Positions 9,838-22,599 of a stretch of 45,138 nt of DNA are shown here, in pieces. This DNA comes from Octopus bimaculoides (Eukaryota), in the NCBI RefSeq assembly GCF_001194135.2, contig NC_068982.1, positions 49,144,751 to 49,189,888 of the forward strand, in the 5' to 3' direction. Under the pieces are notes generated by a model that saw only the letters and a list, made by a program, of their open reading frames with translations, searched no databases and was not told the DNA's origin. The position numbers and the translations under genes are program-made. Numbering within the stretch: position 1 is the stretch's first letter; every line of letters begins with the position of its first letter.

Positions 9838-10136
9838 TTTATGCACCCTTTTAAAGCCTAGCCAGGCTCATGGGCCCGGTTTCTATGGCGTATGTGTTAC
9901 CCTCCCCCCTCAGCTGGATGGGAAGCCAGTCCATCGCAGCTTTACTCAAGAAACAGGAAGAAAGAGCGAGAGAAAGTTGGGGCGAAAGAGTACAACAGGG
10001 GTTGCCACCACTCCCTGCCAGAGCCACGTGAAGCTTTAGGTGTTTTCGCTCAATAAACATACACAACGCCTGGTCTGGGAATCGAGACCGCGATCCCCCG
10101 ACCGCGAGTCCACTGCCCTAACCACTGGGCCATTGC
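9838..10136 (-). mobile_element. tRNA-derived SINE, well preserved and CpG-rich
   Basis: Minus-strand head GCAATGGCCCAGTGGTTAGGGCAGTGGACTCGCGGTCGGGGGATCGCGGTCTCGATTCC (A and B boxes). Confidence 0.8.
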
Positions 10137-10848
10137 AACTCCACAAGCAGCATATACATGTACATTTAATTGTTCACATGCTGCAGTTTTATGTTTTGTA
10201 TGAGCTGTTGGTTACATTCTTATAAAAACTTCATATCTATCTAATTCTATGCATACGTATATAGATACTTAAACACTTCTATATTTATGCATGCTTTCAT
10301 ACATATATGCATATATACATACATACATTCATAACATACAGATCCATACAAACATACCTTATCAACATATGCATACATTTATACATACAAATATACAATC
10401 ATATATACATTACATAACATGTACACATAGATACACAATATATTATATATTTGTATGTATGTATGTATGTATGTATACATATATATATATATATATACAT
10501 ACACGTATGAACAAACATACATGCACATATACATCTATGGCTGTATGTGTCTATCTGATTTATAAACAGAAGTGATGTTATCCTTCAATGAAAAGAGCAA
10601 CCTTGTTGTTTGCTCTTCTTTTTCAACTTATCAGTGATAAAACACATATAAAATGTCTTTAATCTCCACTATTCTTTTTGATGTCTTTCTCATGTTTCAT
10701 ATTTTTCTTTTTTTTTTCCTTGGTTCTATATATGCTTATATAAATGCATATGTATACGTGTGTATATGTCTAAATATACATACATATTTATATATTTTTA
10801 TTTGTGTATGTGTATATATATATATATATACATACACAAATAAAATAC

Positions 10849-10905
<57 letters not shown>

Positions 10906-11698
10906 NNNNNNNNNNNNNNNNNNNNNNNNNNNNNNNNNNNNNNNNNNNNNNNNNNNNNNNNNNNNNNNNNNNNNNNNNNNNNNNNNNNNNNNNNNNNNNN
11001 NNNNNNNNNNNNNNNNNNNNNNNNNNNNNNNNNNNNNNNNNNNNNNNNNNNNNNNNNNNNNNNNNNNNNNNNNNNNNNNNNNNNNNNNNNNNNNNNNNNN
11101 NNNNNNNNNNNNNNNNNNNNNNNNNNNNNNNNNNNNNNNNNNNNNNNNNNNNNNNNNNNNNNNNNNNNNNNNNNNNNNNNNNNNNNNNNNNNNNNNNNNN
11201 NNNNNNNNNNNNNNNNNNNNNNNNNNNNNNNNNNNNNNNNNNNNNNNNNNNNNNNNNNNNNNNNNNNNNNNNNNNNNNNNNNNNNNNNNNNNNNNNNNNN
11301 NNNNNNNNNNNNNNNNNNNNNNNNNNNNNNNNNNNNNNNNNNNNNNNNNNNNNNNNNNNNNNNNNNNNNNNNNNNNNNNNNNNNNNNNNNNNNNNNNNNN
11401 NNNNNNNNNNNNNNNNNNNNNNNNNNNNNNNNNNNNNNNNNNNNNNNNNNNNNNNNNNNNNNNNNNNNNNNNNNNNNNNNNNNNNNNNNNNNNNNNNNNN
11501 NNNNNNNNNNNNNNNNNNNNNNNNNNNNNNNNNNNNNNNNNNNNNNNNNNNNNNNNNNNNNNNNNNNNNNNNNNNNNNNNNNNNNNNNNNNNNNNNNNNN
11601 NNNNNNNNNNNNNNNNNNNNNNNNNNNNNNNNNNNNNNNNNNNNNNNNNNNNNNNNNNNNNNNNNNNNNNNNNNNNNNNNNNNNNNNNNNNNNNNNNN

Positions 11699-11729
<31 letters not shown>

Positions 11730-12487
11730 GCACACAGACACATGAACATTGGAGAACAGAAAATTTGAAACTGCATACATACAAGCGAAGAAAAAAACAA
11801 CTTTTTTTTATCCTAAAGCTAAAATTCCATTGTTATAAGCAAATGAATCAATCACTTGTACAGGAACTTTATTCTATGACATGAACAGGTTACACTTTTA
11901 GATGAGAGTACGATATATTTATGGGTGGTATAACTTGTAAGACAATGGTGCTTCTTGTGTCCTTGCCAAGTATCAGCTAATGATGAAAGTTGATGCGATA
12001 TAAAAGAAAACATTTCCCTCTTATACCGCCCCAGGTTGTTGACTTTCTAGATTGAATAAAACTATTTAATTTCTTTTATTTGTTTTTAATGTTTGTTTTT
12101 ATTTTCTTTCATCAATTCTTTTATCTTTTATAGCTTGTTGTTGTTGATTTTATGTCTGTTTTTTTCTTTTACTGTTGTTGCAAGAAAGGAAATTTAATTC
12201 CTAAATCATTTATTGAACTGAGTGTAGAAAGGAATAATAATATTCATATTCTCATATTTTGGGTTTTCTCTTTGCTTTATTCCATCCTTAGAACCTTCAG
12301 AATATATATATATATATATATACGTTTGCAGATATGTACACGTATACATACGTGCATATATATATATATATACACATAATAGTATTGAGTAGTGAGAACA
12401 AGCGCTCAAAACTGCATTTGGTGGATAAATATTCTTTATTTATGGATTAACAGTGTTACCAATGGTTTTGTGTGGAAAAATTTCACA

Positions 12488-12666
12488 GGCGTAAGAGTGG
12501 CTGTGTTGTAAGTAGCTTGCTTACGATCCATAGGGTTCCGGGCTGAGTCCCACTGCGTGGCACCTTGGGCAGGTGTCTTCTACTATAGCCTCGGGCCGAC
12601 CCAAGTGGCTGAGGACTCCACAGCCACACATTCCCTTAACGTAGTTCTCAAGGAGATTCAGCATGA
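12488..12666 (+). mobile_element. Chimeric SINE: head of one family fused to a 65-bp piece of another
   Basis: 12488-12601 matches the SINE heads at 48 and 35693. 12602-12666 matches 9519-9583 with one mismatch. Confidence 0.8.
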
Positions 12667-13134
12667 ACCCCCATGTTGCCTGCTCTAGAATTGCCTGGTT
12701 AAGAGTTCATATGGTTACAGGAACACTACAGGACACTATGTTATGGTATGTATGAGCATGTTACAGTAGTGAGGTTGAGAACACAAAGGTGCATAAAACA
12801 TCCCCACAAGAACCAAAACTAAAGTGAAGATGACTGACTTCCCATTAGTTTTGAAGTGTTTGGGTGATCCCCCTGGGACACATTCCCTAGCTTCTAATCA
12901 TGGCCAAAGGTTGAAACAGAGTGAAAATTATTTGACATGAAGGTTCAGGAGAAAACATTACATACTGTGACATCATAAGGATAATTTGAACCAAAACTTT
13001 TTGAACTACATCAATGATTCTTAATTTTGTACACAAACACAGAAACATGAGTACATGCACATTTATGCGTACATACACCTACATGTATATGCATATTATA
13101 TCTGCATTTATATCAATATGTATATCTATCTATC

Positions 13135-13526
13135 TTTTATCTTTGTGTTTCAGTCATTAGACTGTAACCATGCTGGAGTACCACCTTGAAGAATTCTTGT
13201 AGTCAAATGAATTAGCCCAGTACATCTTTTAAGCCTGGTACTCATTCTATCAGTCTCTTTTGCCGAACTGCTAAGCTACGAGGACATAAACAGACTTACA
13301 CCGATTACTTAAAAGTGCTGGGGGACAAACAGACACAAAGATATACCCAGATATACTTATATATGAATGGCTTCTTTCAGTTTCCATCTACCAAATCCAC
13401 TCACACGGCTGTGGTCAGCTCAAAGCTATAGTAGAGGACACTTTCCCAAAGTGACATGCAGTGGGATTGAACCCAGAGCCAAGTGGTTGGTAAGCAAGTT
13501 TCTTACCACACAACCACACCTGCACC
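13135..13526 (-). mobile_element. Full-length tRNA-derived SINE with internal simple repeat
   Basis: Homologous to 35693-36033 (+), 30505-31025 (-) and 32870-33032 (-). Confidence 0.8.
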
Positions 13527-15467
13527 TATATATAAAAATAGATAGATAGATAGGTAGATAGATAGATAGATATGCATACATGTTAATATATATGATGCAC
13601 ACAAACACACACACACACACACACACACATGTATATACACATACCTACAACTATGTAACAATCTTTCTGTCTTTTGCTTGCTCTATCCATCTCTATCTAT
13701 CTATCTATAGTACTCACTAGGTTATATGTTTGTTTGGAAACTGAAAATCTTTCACAATATCTTTAGAGTCTGACTGAAATGGTTGAGGGCTAACTGATTC
13801 ATTAATTAATTGATTAATTATGCAAAAGCATCTAAAATGATTATAATTTTGAATGAATGTATGAAACTACATCGACTTCATGTTGTAGTCTAACATACAT
13901 ACGAGTGTGTGTATGTGTGTTTGCTTAATACATGCATTTATCAGAGAGTAATTTGTTGTGTATGTGACAGTGGCAAAAGCTTTCTCTTAATATATCTACG
14001 ATTGTGTCAGAATGAATAACCCTTCTCTTCAGAGCCTGAAGATACTCTGGTCTTCAACAATTATTGATAGTCTACAAATATCAGCTGGGGCTCGCATTAA
14101 AATATTGCTCTCACATTTTGAACTATGGGGGTTCATCCAGAAATCAGCCACTCACCTGATTAGCTCCAGCCCCTATTCAATAATCCAATTATCACTTCTC
14201 TGACTTTTTGTAACTAACACTATAATGGCCTTTGCACTCTGGAGCTAGCTGGGTTCAGGCTGTCTCTATTCAAGTATTCATGTCAACTTGTTTCTCTTCT
14301 TCTTATCTCATTTGTTTTATTGAACACATCCAGGTCTCTCCATAATCACTACACCCAGTACTTTGTTCCAAGAATGCTGGTCTTCTGTATTTTCCCCCTT
14401 GGTCATATATTTACCATAGGTGTTGGCTTATTCAATTGGAACTTTAATGGCCTCAATGTCATGGAAATCTAGGAGAGCCTGTAAAGGCCATGGGCGCTGT
14501 CCTTTGTCCTGACCTAACAGATAAAGTAGTTTTTCTCTCTGTTAGAGATGTCATACAATATCTCCCTCGTTGGTTCAACTGGTATAAATATAAACACAAA
14601 GCAGTACGATATGATTTGAGGATGAATTGGTTAATATTTCTAAGAGGTTGGGCTATGAAATAGTTGTCCATTTCTGGCTTAAACACATATACATACACAA
14701 TTTTCTACATGATGTAAGAGAGACTTGACTGCTATGTAGAGCAGATCTGTTGATGATAGAGAGATCTCCCTCTTTGACTCAGGCATAGAGACTGAGATAA
14801 CTATCTGCTTGTATGCCCAGATAATGAATATGTTAAAATAAATTCAAATATGAAATAGGAGCAGCGCTGGTGTAAGAGATAAGAGAGTAAGATGCTTATG
14901 GTTTGAAGAAGATATGGCTGCTATTTCTAATACTTCAAGCTAACACCCTGTTGATCTCCAGTCAGATCAATTGTATATGTAAACATAAAGAGAGTGAGAT
15001 TGATTTGAAGGAATCTCCCCTCAGCTGGCTCATTCTTGAATATCACAAAGCCATGCTTGAGCAAGCAAAATGGAAAGAAACATAGAATTTCATAAAAATT
15101 TTGGTGAAGTCCAGATAACAGCAAGTACCATTCCCATTTCATGGTTAATTGGTGAACACTAGAAAAGTGCATCAAGCTGTAAAAATTATTTGCTCTGATA
15201 AAAGGTAAATGTCTAAATTTGCAAAACCCATCTAACTTATGCAATTACAAAAGACAAAAACTAAAAAAGAAAACTAAAAATATGTTTAAAAAATGTAAAT
15301 GGCAAATATGTATATATTCTATGAATTAATTTTACTGAGTTTTTGTACTGATATAAGGTAGCTATGTAAAGAATTGATCTTTTGTTTAATGTAACAAAAT
15401 ATTGTGTTAATGAATTCAACCAGGCGTGAATTAATAAAGAGTTATTTTTTAAATATATGTGTGTGCG

Positions 15468-15515
<48 letters not shown>

Positions 15516-15516
<1 letters not shown>

Positions 15517-16065
15517 TAGCAGGTATACCTGGCGTTGCCCAAGTTAAAGAGAATAGAGAAATTTTAAAATGCCATCTAGATTACACAGGTCTCAGCTGCT
15601 AGTAATAACTCTCCAACCCATGCCAGCATAGAACTTAGAGGTTAGGTGAAATGTTAAAAGAAAGTTTCCAACTCATATATGTATATAAAGTAAATACACG
15701 TAATTCAAAAACTCGTTTTGGGTAGCTTATTTCATGACCAAAACACCAGGTACAGATTATAAACAATGAAAGGCTGATTTTGGTGATTCATTTGACAGGG
15801 GTAGTAGAGAGTCAATCCAATGATAAATCCGACTTGGATCTTGAAAGTTTGCAAGAATCCTGGCTCAGTTAAATTTCTTGTGGCTTCAAATGATTTCACC
15901 TGTAGTGCAGCGTTGTATTGTCTAATTTTTGTTGGGGAAGTGCTTGGAATCTTGATCAGTTGATGACAATAATTTCTTCAATAGCTCTGGAGATTGGGGG
16001 ATTTGCAAAGAGTTTAACCTTTCCACCACTGCAGCACAGTGCAGGTGTCTCTCCAGGCCAGTTAT
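15516..16065 (-). mobile_element. Helitron relic: N-terminal RepHel fragment plus 3' terminus
   Basis: Minus-strand WPGETPALCCSGGKVKL..PSPELLKKLLSS..DSKHF...FQDPSRIYHWIDSLLP at ~15790-16065 resembles the Helitron_like_N region. Minus-strand 3' end has a degenerate GC-rich hairpin (15527-15542) followed by CTAG (15516-15519), abutting (AT)n. Confidence 0.75.
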
Positions 16066-17115
16066 AGTTTATGCAATAAACTGAGGGATGAGAAAAAATA
16101 TAAGCAGTTTGTAAAGGAATTTTGAAATGAACTGATATTTATTTGAGTGTGCTGAAGATCTTAAATTATAACAGAAAAATATATAATAGATATATATTGA
16201 GGGAAATGTGATTCCCTAACAGACTGGATGGTCATGATTGGAATGACTGTAATGATAGGTTTGATGAAAAAATACTGATCTAGGAGTTAAACAACAGCAA
16301 CAACACTCGATATTTTGACACCAACCTCAAAATTAAATGAATCTTAACATTCTTGTCAATTGTTTACTGATATCTCATTCCAAAATGGATAACTGGCATT
16401 TTCAATGGCACTATTTAAAGGGAATCTTTCATTTTCCAATGGATATTTTCTCCAAGCTCAACACAATTTACAAGGAATATGTGAACTGCAACAAAAAACG
16501 GAAAAAAAATCGAAGAAAAACTAATGTCTTTTCACCCATAACAAGCAAGTTCATAACTTCAGTTTGCTCTGTTCTAATAAGAGCTAACAAAATGTGGTTG
16601 ATTTTGTTTGCAGTTATGTTATTGTTTGTAGAATGTTATGGTGAATTAAAAGAACAAAAATAAAATTATCTGATAAGGATGTAATTAATTTGCTGTCAGT
16701 TGAAAAGAAATACTCTATAAACCAATGCATACATAATTTTGAATCATCTTGAATTTTAATTGTTCAGACTGTTTATCAAAACAAGCGGTACTAAGTGATG
16801 TACAAATGAACACAAAAAAATATACAAAAATGCAAAAGGAAATAACATACAAATGCCGTCTTAATACATTACTGGTTTAGTTAGTGTTCATATTTGCAAC
16901 TGACATAGATGTCACAACAAATTAATTTCTTGACATTATAGACAATACCTTTTGCAAAAATCTGATACTTTCAAGGTCACCTGTGATAAGAAGAGTTAAG
17001 AAGCTAACAAGGGTATCAAGACTTTCCATTATAAGAGTTTCAGCATTTTAAATCAGTACTCTTTTATAGTTCATGGGTTCTGATTTTATCAGTATGTTAA
17101 AGGTTCATAATAATG

Positions 17116-17555
17116 ATCATTATCAGTGGGTCTGACAGAATTTCTTTGGACTACAAGGGTAGCATTACAAAGGAACTACTGGGATTCCATAAGAAAAAGG
17201 AAAAACACCTTACCTGGGGCCTGTTCTTGGAGGGCAACTTTTCAGAGATAGAGGTGCAGATTCATAGACTAATGTGACATAAAGAGGAAGAAATTGCATA
17301 TAATCATTATCAGTGGGTCTGACAGAATTTATTTGGACTACAAGGGTAGCATTACAAAGGAACTACTGNNNNNNNNNNNNNNNNNNNNNNNNNNNNNNNN
17401 NNNNNNNNNNNNNNNNNNNNNNNNNNNNNNNNNNNNNNNNNNNNNNNNNNNNNNNNNNNNNNNNNNNNNNNNNNNNNNNNNNNNNNNNNNNNNNNNNNNN
17501 NNNGTGCAGATTCATAGACTAATGTGACATAAAGAGGAAGAAATTGCATATAATC
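17116..17555. repeat. Tandem duplication with a 187-bp period; second copy broken by a gap
   Basis: atcattatcagtgggtctgacag at 17116 and 17303. The unit end recurs after the gap at 17504. Confidence 0.85.
17214..17268 (-). CDS. Candidate 55-bp exon (x)YESAPLSLKSCPPRTGP(R/S)
   Basis: Acceptor tttcttcctctttatgtcacattag and donor CAG|gtaagg. Single open frame (phase 1 to 2). Short, so it could be chance. Confidence 0.35.
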
Positions 17556-17580
17556 TAGGAAGTATTTTCTGAAAGTATTA

Positions 17581-18456
17581 CGAAGTTAATCCCAAAAGTA
17601 AGGTCTCCAAAGTGCTGGGGATGCAGGAAAACTGAGCGTGTGGCTATTGAAAACACTGTTGTGTTTGTTGTGCATGCACCTGAGCTTGCCCCTGCACTCA
17701 CCTCACTGCTATGCTCAGTCTTGGTTTAGCAGTCGTATCTGATGGCGCTCCTGATTGATGCTACCACCAAGTGTGAAGCTCATGCAGTTATTTGGTTTTT
17801 GAATGCAAAAGGCATTAAAACCAAGTGAAATTCATTGCCAATTAATAGAAGTGCATAGTGAGTCATGTATGGATGTCAAAAACGTCCACAAGTAGTGTAG
17901 GGAGTTTGCAGCTGGTGTACTGAAATTCATGATGAAGAAAGAAGCGGGTGACCATCAATTTCCAACAAGACAGTCACGATGGTTGAGCAGATCTTGCATG
18001 AAAATCAGCAAATCACCCTGGATGATCTCTGCATTTTGGTTCCTGAGGTTTCCCTTTGAGTGAAAGGTTGCAATATCGGAAGGTGTGTACATTGTAGGTT
18101 CCACGAATGCTCACAGAAGACCATATATGGCAACCCACCTTATAGTCCGAACTTGACACTCAGTGACTACCACCTGTTCCCTAAGTTGAAAAAACATTTG
18201 GCCAGAATGTGCTTTCAGCAATGATGACAAGGTGAAAGATGAGGTTCAATGCTTCCTCGACAACATGGTGGTGAGCTGGTATGATATGGGCATGTAAAAA
18301 CTGCCCCAGCATCTACAAAAAGGCATCGACTGAAATGGTGATTATGTAGAAAAATAGATAAAGGTTCAAACTTTAAAATGATATAAACATCATTGACAAT
18401 AAACTTTTCTGTGATTTCTAAATGTTTTTGGAGACCTTACTTTGGGATTACTCTTG
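17581..18456 (+). mobile_element. Mariner (DD34D-type) element, internally deleted
   Basis: ~31-bp TIRs cgaagttaatcccaaaagtaaggtctccaaa / tttggagaccttactttgggattactcttg, with TA on both sides. Transposase remnant 17742-18357 contains VPRMLTED and PPYSPNL..SDYHLFPKLK..NGDYVEK*. Confidence 0.92.
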
Positions 18457-19775
18457 TAACTGCTGCAAAGTGGGTTGAATGCTTTGCACAACAGATAAAC
18501 TATTTGAAGAGTTACAAAGGAGAGGAGATGCGTTCATAAGTTGTGGGAAAAAGTACTTGAAATATTCATACTTATGCAAACGATTGTTAAAAGAGTGTCT
18601 TTAATTGTCACAAGTATTTTTTAGATACAAGTATAGATAAAAGAGATTCAACCCCTCTTTATAAACAATGCTTCAGTTTATTTTGAATATCAAGTGATAT
18701 TTAACTTTCTAAGAATATAGGCAATGACCAAAGAAACCTTTCATGTTTAGATGATAAAGACTATTATGATGCTCATCATCATCAGTAGCAGCAATATAAT
18801 GACAATCATTGTCCTTATCATCAACAAAACTAATACTACCTTTATTATCATCATCATCACCCACGTTGTCACATACACCATCTCATCGTCGTTATTATAA
18901 CTATCATAATAATCATTAAGACATATCCAGTCTTTCAATATATTAAAATTAGCTGCTAAATCACCTTCATATTTCATAAATCACCTCTACCATTTCATGA
19001 AAAGGAAAGAGCACATCCGTTTCTTCAATATCTCACTGTTCTTTCTCTTCCATCCTTTCTTTCTCACACCCTTTCTTTCTCCTTCTCTTTACATTTCTCT
19101 CCCTCATATTTTCTCACTTCTCTCTTTTTCTCTTTATTATCATTTTCATCACATCATTTAATCACACTTGCTTCTTGCATTACAAAAAGGTATGATACGA
19201 ATTCCTCACTGATTAAAATACGATGAAGTGAGTGAATGACTCAGACAAAAATATTATTAAACTGGATTGCTGTTTGAAGCTGCACTTCATTACTTCACTG
19301 TAAGAGTGTGCTAACTACCTCCCTATTGTTTTCAGTTTCAACATCACTAAGATGAACTAATGAAGAAAGTAGTTATTAACAAGTGCTTCCTTTATGACCT
19401 GCATTTTATTATCATCCCTATTGTTGTAGCATACAAACTTTGTACTAAATATTTTGATCACTCTGTACTCTTCATTCTCTCCAGAACTAAATCTAACTGG
19501 AATTCTTTCCCTCCTCAAAAGTTTGTTATTACCATTGTTATCATTAGGGTAATGTGATGGTCGAATTGTTTGCATACCAGACAAAATGTGTAGTGGAATT
19601 TCTTCTGGCCCAGTTGAGTACTAGGGTTGATGCAATTGAATGGCACCCTCCCAGAAAATTTCAGCCTTTTTGCTGCAGCAACAGCAGCAGTAATAGTGGT
19701 GGTGGTACTAGTAGTAGTAGTAGTAGTAGTAGTTTTCCCTAAAATCTTCCTCAGATCACACTGTTTATCTTAAAA

Positions 19776-19978
19776 CCCTTTTAATACCAACCTGCCCGAG
19801 ACTGCCTCTGGCTCTGTGGCACAACTTTTCTGTGATCTAAACTAAAGATCCCAATTTAAGTTTCTTTTATGTTCCAAACATCAGTTCCATGATAAAGTTA
19901 TTTTACTATATTTTTCATTATTTTTGAAATCAGTTGAAACAAAGATTTATTTTTCAAGCAAAATATGGTAACAAAAAG
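19776..19978. mobile_element. Degenerate piggyBac-like MITE
   Basis: Termini CCCTTTTAATACCA / TGGTAACAAAAAGT are a partial inverted match. Family assignment partly from recall. Confidence 0.4.
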
Positions 19979-20094
19979 TAAAAATAAAGAAAGGACATAT
20001 TAGATAATGTCGTCCAGTTTACCCCACAGAATAGGGGAAAGTAACAACTGAAGTGCAACTGGTTATGGGTTGACTTGGTTTGATCAGGACTAGC

Positions 20095-20520
20095 TTAGAG
20101 CCTGTAACAAGTTTTACAATAACTAGCAACCAAGCATTTCAAAGACAACAAGGATGGCCTTCTTCAGGGCATGTGTAGAGTGCAGTCATCTCAGTTTAGC
20201 TGAACACTAAACGAAGAAAGAGCTTCAAGGTTGGTTTAATTAGATGTACTCCATGCTTCTCAGTGTGGGCTCAATCATTTCATGGCTTGAGCATAAGATC
20301 AAAACAGAAATTTATGAGCATACTCCACCCATCTTTACTGTTACTGTTAAATGCAATGTAGGCATACATGCTAAATACCAGATCATGTAATGCCTTATAT
20401 TTTCAACAACTACATCTTAATAGAGGATGAAGGGCACTCAATTATATTGATGATATTGGCAGAGACATATAACCTGAAATTGCAGACCTACCAAAACTGA
20501 TGAGGACTGGAGATTCTTGA
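20095..20520 (+). mobile_element. Old RTE-clade LINE, C-terminal ORF2 fragment
   Basis: Decayed ACNK...MAFFRACVE...SW..H..K.EIY...PPI...DWR, similar to the post-RT region of RTE elements. Confidence 0.65.
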
Positions 20521-21247
20521 TACAGCATTGTGAAACACATTTTGTAAAAGATAGATTGCAAAAGTGTACTTTTTGAACTTTGCTACTTTATGTGAGTCTC
20601 ATTAGTATTTAGCGAAACAAGAATGGGTGATAAAATGATACAATTTAGTTGTTTTTAGCCTCTTATCAACCCTAGCCTAGTATTCATATGATAAAAGTAT
20701 TTCACTCTTTTATATATCTAGAATTAAATTGTACAATATGTCTTATTTTTACTAAGCTTGTAGTGTGTTGTTTAAGGGTGATTTTGCTGCTACTTCTAGC
20801 TAATTAATAATTTAGATCTCTCTTCTTTGGCTTCAAAGCTATTTAGTAATGTTGTAGCATTTAGTAATGTTGTAGCTATTTAGTATTTCCTGCGACACTT
20901 TGTTTTTTTTTTGTTTGTTTTTTTGCCCATTGGTTTTTAGTAAAAGTAAATTAATATGTATGTTGGAGTCTTGTTCATTTGCTTGATTGTGAGATGGTGA
21001 CCAAAGATTCCAAGACAGAATTACTGGATTCTTAATAAAGTACAACTTTAAGAAAACCATTACACAACAATCTTTCATCAACTGGTGACATAGGTATTAC
21101 TATAAATTTTTTGTGCTATTTGCTGTTACATCATAATTGGTAATGACATTGCATCTAGCATATCTGCTTAAATCCCCACAAGTAGGATTGATGGATAAGC
21201 AAAATATTTTGTTTTACATATTAGGCCCATCACAAATTCATTAATTT

Positions 21248-21421
21248 CTACACTCTCTGAGTGGTTGGCGTTAGGAAGGGCATCCAGCTGTAGAAACTCT
21301 GCCAAATCAGACTGGAGCCTGGTGTTGCCATCCGGTTTCACCAGTCCTCAGTCAAATCGTCCAACCCATGCTAGCATGGAAAGCGGACGTTAAACGATGA
21401 TGATGATGATGATGATGATGC
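21248..21421 (+). mobile_element. RTE-associated 3' UTR/SINE end with (GAT)n tail, young copy
   Basis: Near-identical to 41505-41668. Confidence 0.85.
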
Positions 21422-21599
21422 TGTCATTATAGTTAACAATAGTAATGGTCATAGCAAGATATGCAGAGATACAACTACAGTTTAGTTATAGTTAGGTCGG
21501 TATGAATCCTAAAATTCACAAGGCCAGAGCTTAACACAATTTCTATGACTTATAAGGGACTAAATTACAACATTCCCCATCCACTGAATGGAACACCAT

Positions 21600-21735
21600 G
21601 GTCTCAATTTATATTTGAGTGAATAGGAGCAACATGAAATGAAGAGCTTTGCTCGAGTACACAATGTACTGCCTGGTTGAGAAATCAAAACTATGATATT
21701 ATAATTGTGAGTGCAGCATCCTAACCTCTTGGGTC
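21600..21735 (-). mobile_element. CORE-like SINE fragment
   Basis: ggagcaacatgaaatgaagagctttgctcgagtacacaatg core shared with the other copies. Confidence 0.65.
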
Positions 21736-21804
21736 ATATGCCCTCACTGATGTCCATAGGGCAAGACATAAACAGGGATCAAGGGCACCAGAAGTTCTAT
21801 AATA

Positions 21805-22292
21805 CATCAACATCATCATCATCATTTAACCTCCGTTATCCTTGCTGGCATGGGTTGGACGGTTTGACTGAGGTCTGGAGAGCTAGCAGCTGCACCAGGA
21901 TCCAATCTGATCTGGCAATGTTTCTACAGTTGGATGCCCTTCCTAATGCCAACCACTCTGTGAGTGTAGTGGATGCTTTTTACGTGCTACTGGCACAGGA
22001 GCCAGTCAGGTGAGCCTGGCATCGATCCCATTTGGATAGTGCTTTTTACATGCTATTAGCACGAGGAAAAGTCAGGGGGTACTGGAATTGGCCACATTCA
22101 GATGGTGCTTTTTACATGCCACTTGCATGGGAGCCAGTCAGGGGTACTGGCATCAGATATGTTCAGATGATTCTATTTATGTGTCACCAGCATGGGTGCC
22201 AGTCTGGGGGTACTGGCATTGGCCATGTTCAGTTGCGACTTTTTACGTGCAACTGGCATGAGAGCTAATCAGGCAGACCTGGCATCAACCAC
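21805..22292 (-). mobile_element. RTE-associated 3' UTR containing five ~66-bp tandem subrepeats
   Basis: (CAT)n tail at 21805. The gctttttac(a/g)tg motif recurs at ~21975, 22041, 22107, 22172 and 22238. Confidence 0.8.
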
Positions 22293-22599
22293 AAGTAACT
22301 TAATAGTTTGGGTTCCAATGGAGCAGAATTTTCTCCCACGGAGCCATTTTCTGAATGGAATGCATGTTGTTCTTTCAAATTTATCAACTACATCAAAATT
22401 CCCGTGGCCAAGTTTTTTATAGATGTTTCAAATCTTGGGTCCATTTGAACTGAAGCTATTCTGCTACTGCAACCATAGCAACATGAATTGGTGATAACCA
22501 TAAGAACAACAGCAACAACCTAATCATTTGCAGCTTAAACTTCAGCTGTCTATCCTCACATACAGGTATTCATGATAATGATGAAAGCCAGATTAACTT

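Noticed and set aside
10040-10136. tRNA-like sequence with A and B boxes (also at other SINE heads)
   Set aside because: Continues directly into a multicopy SINE body with no complete acceptor stem; a SINE head, not a tRNA gene.
14425-14512. Possible minus-strand terminal exon (GQDKGQRPWPLQALLDFHDIEAIKVPIE* or SGQRTAPMAFTGSPRFP*)
   Set aside because: Two frames are equally possible, there is no homology, and the surrounding DNA may be a decayed LINE. Not supportable.
20497-20536. CTGATGA...GAAAC hammerhead-like spacing
   Set aside because: No convincing stem II, stem III or stem I pairing; it lies in the decayed coding end of an RTE LINE.
20838-20886. Short 19-20-bp tandem duplication (atttagtaatgttgtagc)
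   Set aside because: Ordinary slippage duplication with no further structure.
21971-22292. Regularly spaced repeats resembling a CRISPR array
   Set aside because: Whole units are homologous with no unique spacers, it is embedded in a retroelement, the context is eukaryotic and there are no cas genes.
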